Shown: one piece after another, positions 51,790 through 64,000 of the stretch
Numbering within the stretch: the first letter of the stretch is position 1
Layout: every line of letters starts with the position of its first letter
Assembly (NCBI GenBank): GCA_964016885.1
Contig: OZ024744.1
Coordinates: 2,418,001 to 2,482,000 of the forward strand
Origin: Eledone cirrhosa
Lineage: Eukaryota
Length of the DNA: 64,000 nt
Direction: 5' to 3'
Notes under the pieces: generated by a model
Seen by the model: only the letters and a program-made list of their open reading frames with translations
What the model was told of the DNA's origin: nothing
Database searches by the model: none
Program-made: the position numbers and the translations under genes

Positions 51790-53036
51790 CTGCTATATTT
51801 CCTTATATCTTAGGTTTTAGTTCATTACTATTACCATTATTATTGGTTTTCTACGGTTTTTCGATTTTAGTTTTCATAGTTTTATTAGCTACCTTACCCT
51901 ATCTATCATCTTAAACATTATTACATTTTTACTCACTATTATCGCCTTATAAGTTTGTATCTTATTGAATAGTTTAATTTTGAGTCACCTACATCTATAA
52001 CTAATAAACATCCTCCTTTCCACACTTAATATTCGCCCCTTTTTATTTATTATATATAAATTTTACTTTTATGCTCCTTTTTATTATATAATATATTATA
52101 TATAAATTTTACTTTTATGCTCCTTCCTATCCTCCATAGTTTCACTTCTTTCTGTTCCCATTGGTCTACCATAGTTTTATTTAGAGTTTTTTTCTTTGAT
52201 AACGTAATTCGTCTGAACGGAACGTAATATATTTTGATAGTTTATATTGGAATATCTTAATTTTATACGACTTTGATGACTTAAACTTTATTCCATTTGA
52301 AGTGACCTATAATATCTTTTAAGTATTTTTAATATTAATTAATTTAATAAGGTTTTCTATTCAATTCTTTGATTTAGAATAATATTATCATCTATATTTA
52401 CCTAACGACTTAATACCTATGTAACTGTGCTTGTTTTTGTTTTTATTCTTCGTTTTATTTTATTTATTTTTTTACTACCACATGCTGTCTGTCTGTCTTC
52501 CTATCATATGTTATTGTATCATAATATGTCTCCCTATATCAATCGCGTAAATATGTCTTAAGCATTTTCCATTGACTCTGTCTGTCTGCTATTATAATAT
52601 TAACATTGATATATCATATTATTTTTATGTAATTGAATTATAGATATTAATATATGTCAGATATTTGAGGTACTGTTTTGTAATATTTTGTAATATTTTA
52701 TGAATGTAAACTGCCTATACCTATATGTGTTTATTGTCAATACTTTATGTATTTATATATATTTTTTCAACATACTTTAGTTTTGTATGATATTTTTTCT
52801 TACCCTGTGAAAAACTTTATATACAATTTATTGACCTTAAATAATATATATGATGTAGTTTTATATATTTTTTGATGTCAGTATATTACTCCATTGTTTT
52901 CTGTATTGTTTATGCACAACGTCAGGGTGATTGGTTTATTCTATTATAAAGGTTTTTTTATATTATAACGAGTATATTTATATTTAAATACTTAATAAGT
53001 GTTAGTATGTGTTTGTGTAAATGTGTATATATATGG

Positions 53037-53067
<31 letters not shown>

Positions 53068-53352
53068 TTAAGCCTTTTATTCCTTATTATCCATTATATT
53101 GTATTCCATATCATATTGTAATTCTCACATTATATTACCATGTTGTGTTTCTTGTATTTGTATTATACTGTACTTTCAACGTATGTTTGACATGTTACTC
53201 GCTTTCATGCCCTGTAGTCTATATATGTAACTGCACACTTTTAGGTTTAGCATGCTTTTCCTTGATATCTTTCCTAAGCTTTCATAAATATAAATTCCCT
53301 ATTCTTCTGAGTTTTGGCTTGTTCTGGCCGTTAATAATTCTTGTCTCTTTGC

Positions 53353-53398
53353 TTGCCCTGATGAGTCCTTATTAATGGGACGAAACATTGTTGGCTAA
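53353..53398 (+). ncRNA. Minimal type I hammerhead motif at the end of an AT-rich PLE-like 3' UTR
   Basis: gcc-CTGATGA-gtcc(ttattaatg)ggac-GAAAC-att-GTT-ggc followed by aataaa. Confidence 0.7.
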
Positions 53399-54634
53399 TA
53401 AAGACTTTTGATGTATTGAAAGCCTCTTTGTTTATTTTTTATATATATATATATATGCATTTGTATATATGTATGTGTATAAACAACATAAATATATGTA
53501 TGTATATATATACACACACACATACATATATAGGACTATGTATGTATATATATATATATGTCATAAACAACGCTAGAAGTATCAAACAAATCTATATCCT
53601 GTTTCTTTATATTGTGATAAAATAGTTTATTTTACTAAATAGAAAATGTGATAAAAACTGTACACCCTACCTGGCAATTTCTAGCCTTAGTACATTTGTA
53701 CGTAAAGATATATTGTAATTTCAGTTCCAGAATGTTAATCTATAAACTGTAATTCGTATCTCTGCAACATTTTATTACAAAATATGAGTTATTAAGAAAG
53801 TTATAAGAACATTTAGTGAGGGGCTCTCTAGTCTAGATTACTATCATAAATTTTACTGGCAAAGGGAGATAATATCAAACCGAAGGCTTTAAAGATTTAT
53901 TCCCCTTTGTTAAACTTTTCAGTCTGTGTGGTAAATACAAATGCTAGAAATGGCAGCCAATCAATAAAAATATGTAACGTGGAAAATGTTAGAAATAGCA
54001 GCTAAATCAGCTCTAAATTTGTATATGTGATAAAAATATATTTCTAGACGTATATCATATCATATATATTTTTAGCGGTCTTTTGGTCTATTCAAACCAC
54101 CATGGGCTATAAAACATGTATTTTCTGTGTACCATGTGTGTTTTCTTAGTTATCTAATATATTTTTAGAAGTGTTGATCATATTGATAGGTATCTGCCGA
54201 TGAGCTACATCTACAATATATATTCTTCACTTTTATAGCGAAATATACTCTTATTTGAGCATGTCTGGATGTTATAGTTATAAATAGATGGTTAGTACAC
54301 TTTAATATATTATTTTAATTGATTTGTATCCAGCATTACTTCCGTAGTTGATATGTTTGTCACTCTGGTGGTTTTTAATCCCCTATGATTGAACACATAT
54401 CTCTATGTGTACTTCTCTCTATATGGTGATTTATAAAGAACCTGGAATGTAATCCTTGAGCTCATTAAATTATAGGGGATTAATGTGAGTCTTTAACAAA
54501 AAATATATCATACACAAAACGCCAGCATCAACAGTTTTCCAAGAGATGTCAACATGAATGGACCTGATATCTAAAGATATTTTTTCCAATTCCATCTTGC
54601 CCGTCCCTACAATTTAACTAATTTGTCATTATTT

Positions 54635-54670
54635 CTCCTGATGAAGGACTAGCATCTGAAACGTTAAGAC
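54635..54670 (+). ncRNA. Hammerhead-like core in a decayed PLE 3' end
   Basis: CTGATGA-agga(ctagca)tct-GAAAC-gttaa; the downstream tail resembles the end of the 33925 element. Confidence 0.45.
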
Positions 54671-55061
54671 CCTCTTCCTGCTATTTCAAGCATTAACCTA
54701 ATATATTACTTCCATATACTGTACTGATTGTGTTGTTATTTCTGTTTACCCTTTACATATATATATATATATAAAATGGCAAAACTCGGTGTTTAAACAG
54801 CAAAATACCGTCAAAGCTGTGTTGGGTAAAACATTACCTCGAAGGACAGAAGTCAGCAGCTTGATGTGAGTTGACTCAAAAAAATGATCGGAAGGAAGAA
54901 ACAGAATGGGTGAGAGGCGGTCACAAATATTAAAATACATTCATCACATCTCAGACCACCTGCAGTTTCAATGATTTATCTGAGATGACTGCGAAGAATG
55001 GGAGGCTCGTAACAACAGAGAAATAAATATCTTTGTTGGTACCCATTCTATTTCTTCCTTC

Positions 55062-55990
55062 ATATCATTCCTTCACTATATTCATTGTTAATTCTCACCT
55101 TGCTCACTGTTTCTTTATACATGGCTCTCACATGCCATTCATCTACTCCTAGTTTTCTAAGGGTCCACCAGAAAATGTAGCTGGGGACTCTGTCAAAGGC
55201 TTTCTCCAAGTCAACGAAAGCTAAGTAGAGGAGTTTACTTTTATCTAGGTACTTCTCCTGTAGTTGTCGTACAAGGAAAAGAGCGTCTGTGGTACTTTTA
55301 CCTGACACAAACCAAAACTGCATTTCATCTAGATCAATTCAGTCTCTGATTAGTTGTGCAATAACTCTTTCTGTGACCTTCATGACCCTGGTCAACTACC
55401 TTAATGATTCTATAGTTCCCCCTAGCTAGAGCATCTCCTTTAGCCTTGTAGCAGTTAACGATGATGCTGCTACGCCAGTCTTTCGGTATGACCCCATTCT
55501 GTATTACTTGGTTAACTATACGGGTGACCATAGTGTGTCCCACCATTCCAAATGCATTCAACATCTCAGCAACTATCTCCAAAGGCCCAGCTGCCTTGCC
55601 TGTCTTCATATCTTTGATTGCCTTACTTACTATACTACCATTAACTTGCACTGCTGGTCCCTCTATTGGATCAATGTGGGGCAGACTATCTTTTTCCCAT
55701 TTATTCTCCTCATTTAGTAGCCTTTCGTAGTGACACTTCCAAGCTATTTTCTCATCAGTATCAGTGAGGGCAAGTACACCATCATCATTACGGACACACT
55801 TCTCCCTAACAATATCACGGTTTTCCTTGACACATTGTCTTGTGATCCTGAATACCTCACGTTTTTGGTCCTCGTGTTGTAGAACATGGTTGAACTTTCT
55901 ATCCTCTGCTTCCCTTCTTGCAAAGTACATTGTTTCCTAGCTTCTCTCCTAGCCACCTGATAGTGTTCTCTACTTCCTCCATCCCACCAT
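55062..55990 (-). mobile_element. RTE LINE upstream RT portion (probably the same insertion as 47955-49096)
   Basis: MKTGKAAGP, IPKDWRSSIIVNCYKAKGDAL..GNYR, STTDALFLVRQLQEK..AFVDLEKAFDRVP. Confidence 0.85.
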
Positions 55991-56152
55991 ACTACTCCAC
56001 CTAGACCATTGTCATTTCCCACCCAGACAGTTTTATAACATCGTTTTTTACCCACAATGAATCTAGCAGACGCACCCCTCCACCTATTCTCTTGAACACA
56101 AATATATATATATATATGATTTCTCTCTCTTCTTCTCTCTCTACCCTCCCCC

Positions 56153-56184
<32 letters not shown>

Positions 56185-56186
56185 GA

Positions 56187-56300
<114 letters not shown>

Positions 56301-56429
56301 CAAACTATCTTACGGGCGATCTGTCGATTTTGAGAATGTAAGCAAAACCTGTCTTTTCTTTATTCCGTAGTCTCCTCAATTAAGCAGTGTTTTAACTCTT
56401 ATTTATACCACTGGTGTTAATGATGATAC

Positions 56430-58480
56430 CAGCAGCATCATCATTAACTGCTACAAGGATAAAGGGGATGCTCTAGATAGGGGAAACTATAGAGGAATTA
56501 AGTTAGTTGACCATGTGATGAAGGTCACAGAAAGAGTTATAGCGCAACTAATCAGAGACCGAATTGATCTAGATGAAATGCAGTTTTGGTTTGTGTCAGG
56601 TAAAAGTACCACAACTACAAGAGAAGTACCTAGCTAAAAGTAAACCCCTCTATTTAGCTTTTGTAGACCAGGAGAAAGCTTTTGACAGAGTCCTCCGCTT
56701 CATTATCTGGTGGGCTCTTAGAAAACTAGGTGTAGATGAATGGCTTGTGAGAGCTATTCAAGCTATGTATAATGAAACAGTCAGTAAGGTTAGAATTAAC
56801 AATGAATATTGTGAAGAATTTAGTGTAAAAGTTGGCGTTCATCAAGGCTCTGTCTTTAGCCCCCTCCTATTTATTATTGCCCTTCAGGCTATAACAGAGG
56901 AGTTCAAGACCGGCTGCCCATGGGAACTCCTATACGCAGATGATCTAACACTCATAGCTGAATCAATGCCTGAACTAGAGAAGAAATTCGAAACATGGAA
57001 GCATGGCCTAAAATCAAAAGGCCTTAAATTTAACTTCTCTAAGACTAAAGTTCTAGTTTGTAGAAAGGAAAATAGGGCACCACATGTGCCCTCAGGGAAA
57101 TGGCCTTGCTCAGTGTGTAGGAAAGGAGTAGGTAGAAATTCCATGTTATGTCCCAAATGCAAAGTATGGGTACATAAAAGATGTAGTGGGATCACAGGTA
57201 AACTATCTAAGAACGTAGACTTTATATGTGGCCGATGCTCAGGTGCAATAAGTAGCAAGTGTCCTAAGGATACTAGCTCCTTCTATTGCCCAGATGGTTC
57301 TATAGAAATAGTAGACACTGTCCGTTACCTGGGTGACGAAATCAGCAGTGGAGGAGGGTATTCTGAAAGTATAGTAGTCAGAGTCAGAACGGGATAGAAA
57401 AAGTTCAGAGAGCTTATACCGCTGTTGGCCACAAATGGTTTCTCTCTAAAAATGAAAGGCAGATTGTATGATGCCTGTATACGACAGCAATGCTACATGG
57501 CAGTGAGACATGGGCATTACGTGCAGAGGACCTGCGTAGACTGGAAAGGAACGAAGCATGCATGCTCCGTTGTTTGTGTAATAGTAATATACGTGAACGG
57601 CAAAGCATAAATGAACTAAGTGAGAAATTAGGAATAAGATGGATCAGATGCTGTTTACTTGAGAGAAGACTACGTTGGTATGGTCACGTGATGCGCATGA
57701 AAGACGACAGCTGCATAAAAAAGTGCAGGGCGATCAAAATAGATGGTAGTTACGGAGTAGGTAGACCCAGAAAAACCTGGGATGATCTGATAAATTCCGA
57801 CCTTACACACTTACATCTTTCTAAGACAATGTCTCTGGACCGAGATCTTTGGCGCTACGCAGTAATACAGAAGACCCACCTTACCTATGTACAAAGCGAA
57901 ACTTACAGTCAGTAGGCACCTCTTAACCAAATATACACCCCAATCTACTATCTGTACCCTATCCTCCCACTCCCACCAACACCACCCTCTCTCTGTAAAT
58001 TTGGTACCACAACATCCAGTCCAAATAAATGAGATAATTGTTTCTACTTTAGGCACAAGGCCACCAATGATCCAGTACATTACTGGTACTTTATTTTATC
58101 GACCGCGTAAGGATGAAAGGCAAAGTTAACCTCGGCGGGTATGACCTCAGACTGTAAAGGGACGTAACTATGCTAGAAAGCATGGCGTTCAACCCTCTAC
58201 CGATACTGCCAATGAGATAATGAGATCGAGATCGTGTAGGTGTCACGACAAAACACACAGTCCACGCTGTAATGTGGCCATGTAGGTAACACAGTAATAA
58301 GTTCCCAGTCCACACTGTAAATGTGGTTGGTGTTAGGAAGGGCATCCAGCCGTAGAAAACCTGCCAGATTGTCCTATATGAGCGAGACACGGTCACCCGA
58401 CCAGCCTTGCCTCAAGTGGGACAACTCCCGTCTAACCCATGCTAGCGTGGAAAATGGACGTTAAACGAAGATGATGATGA

Positions 58481-58484
<4 letters not shown>
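56430..58484 (+). mobile_element. RTE LINE (RT + Cys-rich region), 5' truncated, degenerate
   Basis: AFVDQEKAFDRV, GVHQGSVFSPLLF, LYADDL, WPCSVCRKGVG..CPKCKVWVHKRC; gttaaacga(tga)n tail. Confidence 0.9.
58039..58210 (-). mobile_element. tRNA-derived SINE (same family as 20738-20923), 11-bp TSD
   Basis: TSD aatgagataat at 58028-58038 and 58211-58221; absent from the mirrored left arm. Confidence 0.88.
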
Positions 58485-58543
<59 letters not shown>

Positions 58544-58627
58544 TGCTATAATCCCAGAGAACCACAGAACAATGGTGAGTTTAGAATTTAAAAAACAACA
58601 GAAAGAAGGGCATAAATAAATATATAT

Positions 58628-58961
58628 CAGTGGTCCCCAACCTTTTCTGCACCATGCATCACCTCAACATTTAAAATATGTTTATGTCCCCCTTTAATAT
58701 AAAAACAATCCGAGTCTTGTAAAAGTGTTATTACTGTAATATAAAGTAGAAACCCTTTATTTAAACAAAGCTACGATGCAGCGATGATCAAAATAAACCC
58801 CAAAATCTAAACAAACTTCTCGTAGGTGCTGCCATATACACGATAACATGTGAAGACGAAGTGTAACTGGAAGTTGGGTCGTATTATATCACTTTCAAAT
58901 TGACTCCTATTATATTCAAATTAACCCCAGTGGGGCGTGCACCGCACGTTGGGAATCCCTG
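58628..58961. mobile_element. hAT-like MITE
   Basis: TIRs cagtggtccccaac / gttgggaatccctg, 8-bp flanks atatatat/atatataa. A partial mirror copy lies at 47166-47380. Confidence 0.65.
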
Positions 58962-59466
58962 ATATATAAATATATGTGAATGTGTTGCTGTGACTGCTAT
59001 TTCTAGCAGGTTTACTGCTGTCCTGTAGAGGCACAACACAAACTGGAAGTGGCAGCCATTAAAAAACTTTGGCTTAAAATCAGTGAAAATATTTTAAACA
59101 ATAGAAAATTAAATGTAAAAAAAAACCCGAGATTTCTGCCAAGAAAGGTAACTCTTGTCTTACTTAATCGCAAAAATCGAGACAAAAATGTTGCGGGTCT
59201 GCAATTTGTTGGTCTTGTTTGTTGGTATTTGACTGCTATTTCTAGCATGTATATCTGCCCTTCGTTTTTTAAAAAAATATTTTATGTGATTTAGCTGCTC
59301 TTTCTAGCATGTCCTTCGTTTTTATATCATTACAAATATTTTCAGGGTTTGCATTTTACACACATAGACACACACACTTTTGGAGGAGAATGGGAGCTGA
59401 AGAGAAAATGGACATATATATATAAACATGCTAGAACTAGCAGCCATAGACGAGATAAGAGGAAGT

Positions 59467-59497
<31 letters not shown>

Positions 59498-59545
59498 GTG
59501 TATATAATATATAAGATCAAAAGATGGTTAAAGGAGTTCCATGTA

Positions 59546-59612
59546 TTTTATTATGCGCATTTCAAAAACAAACATCATCATGCAATAATATTTGTGTTTT
59601 CATCAGATAAAA
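59546..59612 (-). ncRNA. Type I hammerhead ribozyme
   Basis: tttat-CTGATGA-aaacacaaat...gtttgttttt-GAAAT-gcgc-ATA-ataaa; loop 3 is the palindrome GCGC. Confidence 0.75.
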
Positions 59613-60787
59613 CAGGCGAACATGATATGAAGGCTAAAAAACACTTGTGGATAGTGCAGTTTTAAATCAACATATGAAAAGTAGTTTTAGATTGATGTGT
59701 GATATTGGGAAAAATATTTTATTTAGAGAGGGGGGGAAAGGATGAAAAAAGGGGAGGAGATGAGAGTGAAGGTGGAGAGGGAGAGATGGGTGATAGAGAG
59801 AAAGAGAGAAAGAGATAGTTTTTATAACTGAGAGAAGATATATTGTTTTACATAGAGAGGTTGAAAACCGTTGGAAGATAATGTATAAATTAAAAGAATT
59901 TGAAAATTAACGAAGGGAAAAATATGTACAAGGAAAAAATATTTTATTTAGAGAGGGGGGTGGAAAGGATGAAAAAGGGGGAGGAGATGAGAGTGAAGGT
60001 GGAGAGGGTGAGATGGGTGATAGAGAGAAAGAGATAGTTTTTATAACTGAGAAAAGATATATTGTTTTACATAGAGAGGTTGAGAACCGTTGGAAGATAA
60101 TGTATAAATTAAAAGAATTTGAAAATTAACGAAGGGAAAGAGAGGGAATTGATATGTATTGATATTAAAAAGTTTGAAGATAGAGAGAAAAAATAATAAT
60201 TGCGGATGAATATTCTAACGTCAAAAGGTGTATGTTTATAAGTATTATGGCAATTTCAAAATTGACGAAGAGAAAAAATTATTAAGGTTTGTGTGTAGAA
60301 GTTAAAGTTTGTATATTGAAGGAATTGATAATATGTGCGAAGAAAGAGTTAATATGTATTAAAATTATTAAGGTTTGTGTGTATTAGATGATTTGAGAAA
60401 AATAATGTGAAGTTAAGGTTTTTATATTGAAGGAATTGATAATTTGTGCGAAGAAATAGTTAATATGTATTAAGAATGTGTTAGTTGATGGGAAGAAAAA
60501 AATATATTATTAAGGATGAATATTCTAGCGTCAAAAAAAGGAGGAGAGGGAGTTAATGTATTGAGATTGAAAAGTTTGATGATGGAGAGAAAAAATAATA
60601 ATAATTGCGGATGAATATTCTAACGTCAAAAAAACAAATGTATATGTTATGAAGGATTTTACAAGGTGAAGATAGAATGAGGGTAATGAGTAAACAAGTA
60701 TTATAGAGTGTATAATGGGTATATTTTAAAGAGGTGTATGTATATGTGCCTTTGAGAAAAGATTCTAAATTGATAAAGAATTGAATA

Positions 60788-61140
60788 TTAGCTGTATACT
60801 TTGTGAAAGGTCCTATGGAATTTATGCAGGCAGATAGAAAACAAATCTGTACGTCTATTTATTATAGAATCTAGATTAGAGATAATGGTAAATTTTTCAT
60901 TTAGGCAGAGATTACAGATTTTAGATAGAGAGCTGTTCAAGTATGAGGACGCAGAAGAAACCTTCTTCCAAAAGATGGTATATTTAATGTTTTTGTCTTT
61001 CAAGGACCATATGAGTTCTGAGAGAGCCGTGTTGGTTCTTTTAAGTTTGTATTTAAAAGATGAATGATGATTATAGAGACGAGCTTTAAAAGAGGTGGAA
61101 GTGGAGCCAAAATAGGTGAAGGAATTGGTGCTAGTTGTAA
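60788..61140 (-). pseudogene. PLE GIY-YIG endonuclease C-terminal fragment
   Basis: TYFGSTSTSFKARLYNHHSSF..TALSELIWSLK..W..CNLCLNEK..IINRR..CLH. Confidence 0.85.
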
Positions 61141-61421
61141 CTTTAACCATCTTTTGATCTTATATATTATGTATACTCCAGTCCTACAAACTGTAGAGTG
61201 CTTCTTATCCGATATCTGCATTGCTTTATTGTACTACAATAAAACTCATCTCCTACATTATATGTATATATATATATGTGTGTGTAGATAAATCTACCAA
61301 AATATACGGTAGTGTCCAATCCGTATGAAGAACTCAATGTAATCCAAATATAGAAGATATCATGAAAAGAGAAGATGTACTCAAAAATTTACTATAAAAG
61401 TCATAGGAAAACAGAGTCAAG

Positions 61422-62033
<612 letters not shown>

Positions 62034-62060
62034 TAGCTATGTAATAAACAACATAAGATA

Positions 62061-62130
62061 ATTATTTCATTTACCAGTGGTTTCTTGAAGGCTGATGTTG
62101 TGTCTGTCTTCAGTCGTCAGAATAAATAAC
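62061..62130 (-). ncRNA. Type I hammerhead in PLE-end mini-element 62035-62537
   Basis: ttatttatt-CTGACGA-ctgaag...cttcaa-GAAAC-cactg-GTA-aatgaaataa. Confidence 0.68.
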
Positions 62131-62404
62131 ATGGTGTTTTTATTAAATATGGACTTGAAGACAAAATTTAGGAAATATGAAAGCGAGGCTGAAAAAAAAC
62201 GGGCGAAACGGAATTTTGTAGAGGAGTAGGTACATTTTGTTGGAAGGAATAGGTATATTTTTGATAGAATAATCCAATTCTTAAACGTCCATGGTGTATG
62301 TTGGTTAATTTCCTGAAACTGTAGAGTGCTCAACTTATCGGGCTGGAAGGTGCCAATCGTATATGCAATATAGAATGTGCTTCGATCATTCCCGGTTGGA
62401 GCTG

Positions 62405-62532
62405 TATAAATGAAGTATTTCCGTCGGAAAGGTACAGGAAATAAGATTGCTCTATGTAGGCTACAGTAATAAGCTCTGTAGCCTATATAGAGCACTCTTT
62501 CTTCCTGTACCTTTCCGACGGAAATACTTCAT

Positions 62533-62537
<5 letters not shown>
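62405..62537. repeat. ~62-bp-arm fold-back
   Basis: tataaatgaagtatttccgtcggaaaggtacaggaa...ctacag-taataagct-ctgtag...ttcctgtacctttccgacggaaatacttcatttata. Confidence 0.9.
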
Positions 62538-62578
<41 letters not shown>

Positions 62579-62625
62579 ATATATAAATATTCACACACGC
62601 TCATTCACACACACAGACACATATA

Positions 62626-62687
<62 letters not shown>

Positions 62688-62718
62688 TATATATATATAT
62701 ATATACATATATATATAC

Positions 62719-62770
<52 letters not shown>

Positions 62771-62972
62771 ACATATATATATATACATATATATACATAC
62801 ATATATATATACATGCATATATATATATATATATACATATATATGTATATATATATATACATATATATGTATACACATATATGTATGTATAAATACGTAC
62901 ACATACACACACACACGTATATACACATACATACATATATTATATATATATACGTACATATATTAATATGTT

Positions 62973-63026
<54 letters not shown>

Positions 63027-63105
63027 AACGCACACACACGTATTTGTGTGTGTGTATATATATATATACACACTCTCATGTACATTTATATATATATGTG
63101 TGTGC
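62538..63105. repeat. Compound (TA)/(CA)/(TG) microsatellite
   Basis: Directly visible dinucleotide tracts. Confidence 0.95.
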
Positions 63106-63533
63106 ATGGGTCCTTCTTTCTGGTGTTTCTTATAGTGTTGTTAGCTGACTTTTGGCTGCTATTTCTAAAGTGTCTATTAATATATGCTAGAAATAGCAGT
63201 CAAATGTCAGTTAACAAGACCAAATAAGAAGGATTATATAAACTGCACACCCGCAAAATGTTTAACTTAATTTCCGGCTTTAAGTAAGACAAGAGTTATC
63301 TTTCTTGCCAAATATTCTCCGTTTGTTGACATAAAAAAAATCTATTGTTTAAAAAGTTGAGGCTGAATTTTAGCTAACTTTTTTCATCTTGTCCACTTCC
63401 GGTTTCAATTTTCGCGCTAGAAATAGCAACCAAGAGCAACATATATAGATATATATAATCCTAATCGTAAAGTGCTTTACTATATAAATATATATATATG
63501 AATGTGTGTATCAGTGTGTATGCATGAGAGCGT

Positions 63534-63564
<31 letters not shown>

Positions 63565-63668
63565 AATATATATATGTATTTTTATATATATATATATATA
63601 TATATGTATTTATATATAAAATAAAGTTAAATAAGAAGTCAAATGATTAAAATTTAGCTTCGTTTATT

Positions 63669-63723
63669 ACTGCTATATATATTTGAGTGACAGCCATCTT
63701 TGGCTGTGACCTCTTCAGGCAGT
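63669..63723 (-). ncRNA. Hammerhead with a single core lesion
   Basis: actgc-CTGAAGA-ggtcacagcc(aaagat)ggctgtcact-cAAAT-atat-ATA-gcagt; the G of GAAA is missing. Confidence 0.6.
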
Positions 63724-63889
63724 CTAATTAGTATGGTATAGACAAGTACACATGTTGTTGAGGTGTATAATATTGTCAATACTCTGATATGCCCAGTTCC
63801 TTGTTGAGTTGTTATTTCACTGAGGAACTGGAATACTGAGGTGTTGGTATACAACTTAAAATATTTATATATATATATATATGTATTTG

Positions 63890-63980
<91 letters not shown>

Positions 63981-64000
63981 TTATATATATATATATATAT

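Larger units (their letters stand above)
56430..59181. repeat. Right arm of inverted duplication 2
   Basis: 56430-56820 mirrors 55062-55475; 57137-59181 mirrors 46948-49096. Confidence 0.82.
59504..61260 (-). mobile_element. 5'-truncated Naiad-type PLE (GIY-YIG fragment + 3' UTR + HHR + inverted pLTR)
   Basis: GIY-YIG ORF at 60788-61150. 59504-59533 is inverted at 61141-61170. Internal ~225-bp direct repeat at 59710-60140. Confidence 0.82.

Noticed and set aside
62447-63227. [12 protein letters not shown] ORFs here and at other (TA)n tracts
   Set aside because: Microsatellite translation artefacts.

Overview
This is AT-rich eukaryotic repeat DNA. Its SINE, RTE and microsatellite content suggests a cephalopod such as Octopus, but that is an inference. 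I can support no host protein-coding gene. Positions 1-19049 are a 48-bp satellite with higher-order structure, and all ORFs there are repeat artefacts. The rest is a nest of mobile elements, mostly in (TA)n tracts: a Merlin (IS1595-like) DNA transposon disrupted by a SINE, RTE LINE relics, head-to-tail non-autonomous Helitrons, piggyBac- and hAT-like MITEs, a degenerate LTR element, four abutting minisatellites and many Penelope-like element (PLE) pieces. The PLE pieces include a nearly intact Naiad-type RT+GIY-YIG ORF. Three features stand out. (i) About a dozen hammerhead ribozyme (HHR) motifs occur, several with 75-100 nt stem II inserts, and several sit in small fold-back elements. (ii) A 317-bp HHR-bearing repeat unit looks like a retrozyme. 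(iii) There are two multi-kb inverted duplications, and one starts exactly at a Helitron 5' end. All coordinates and identities were read by eye.
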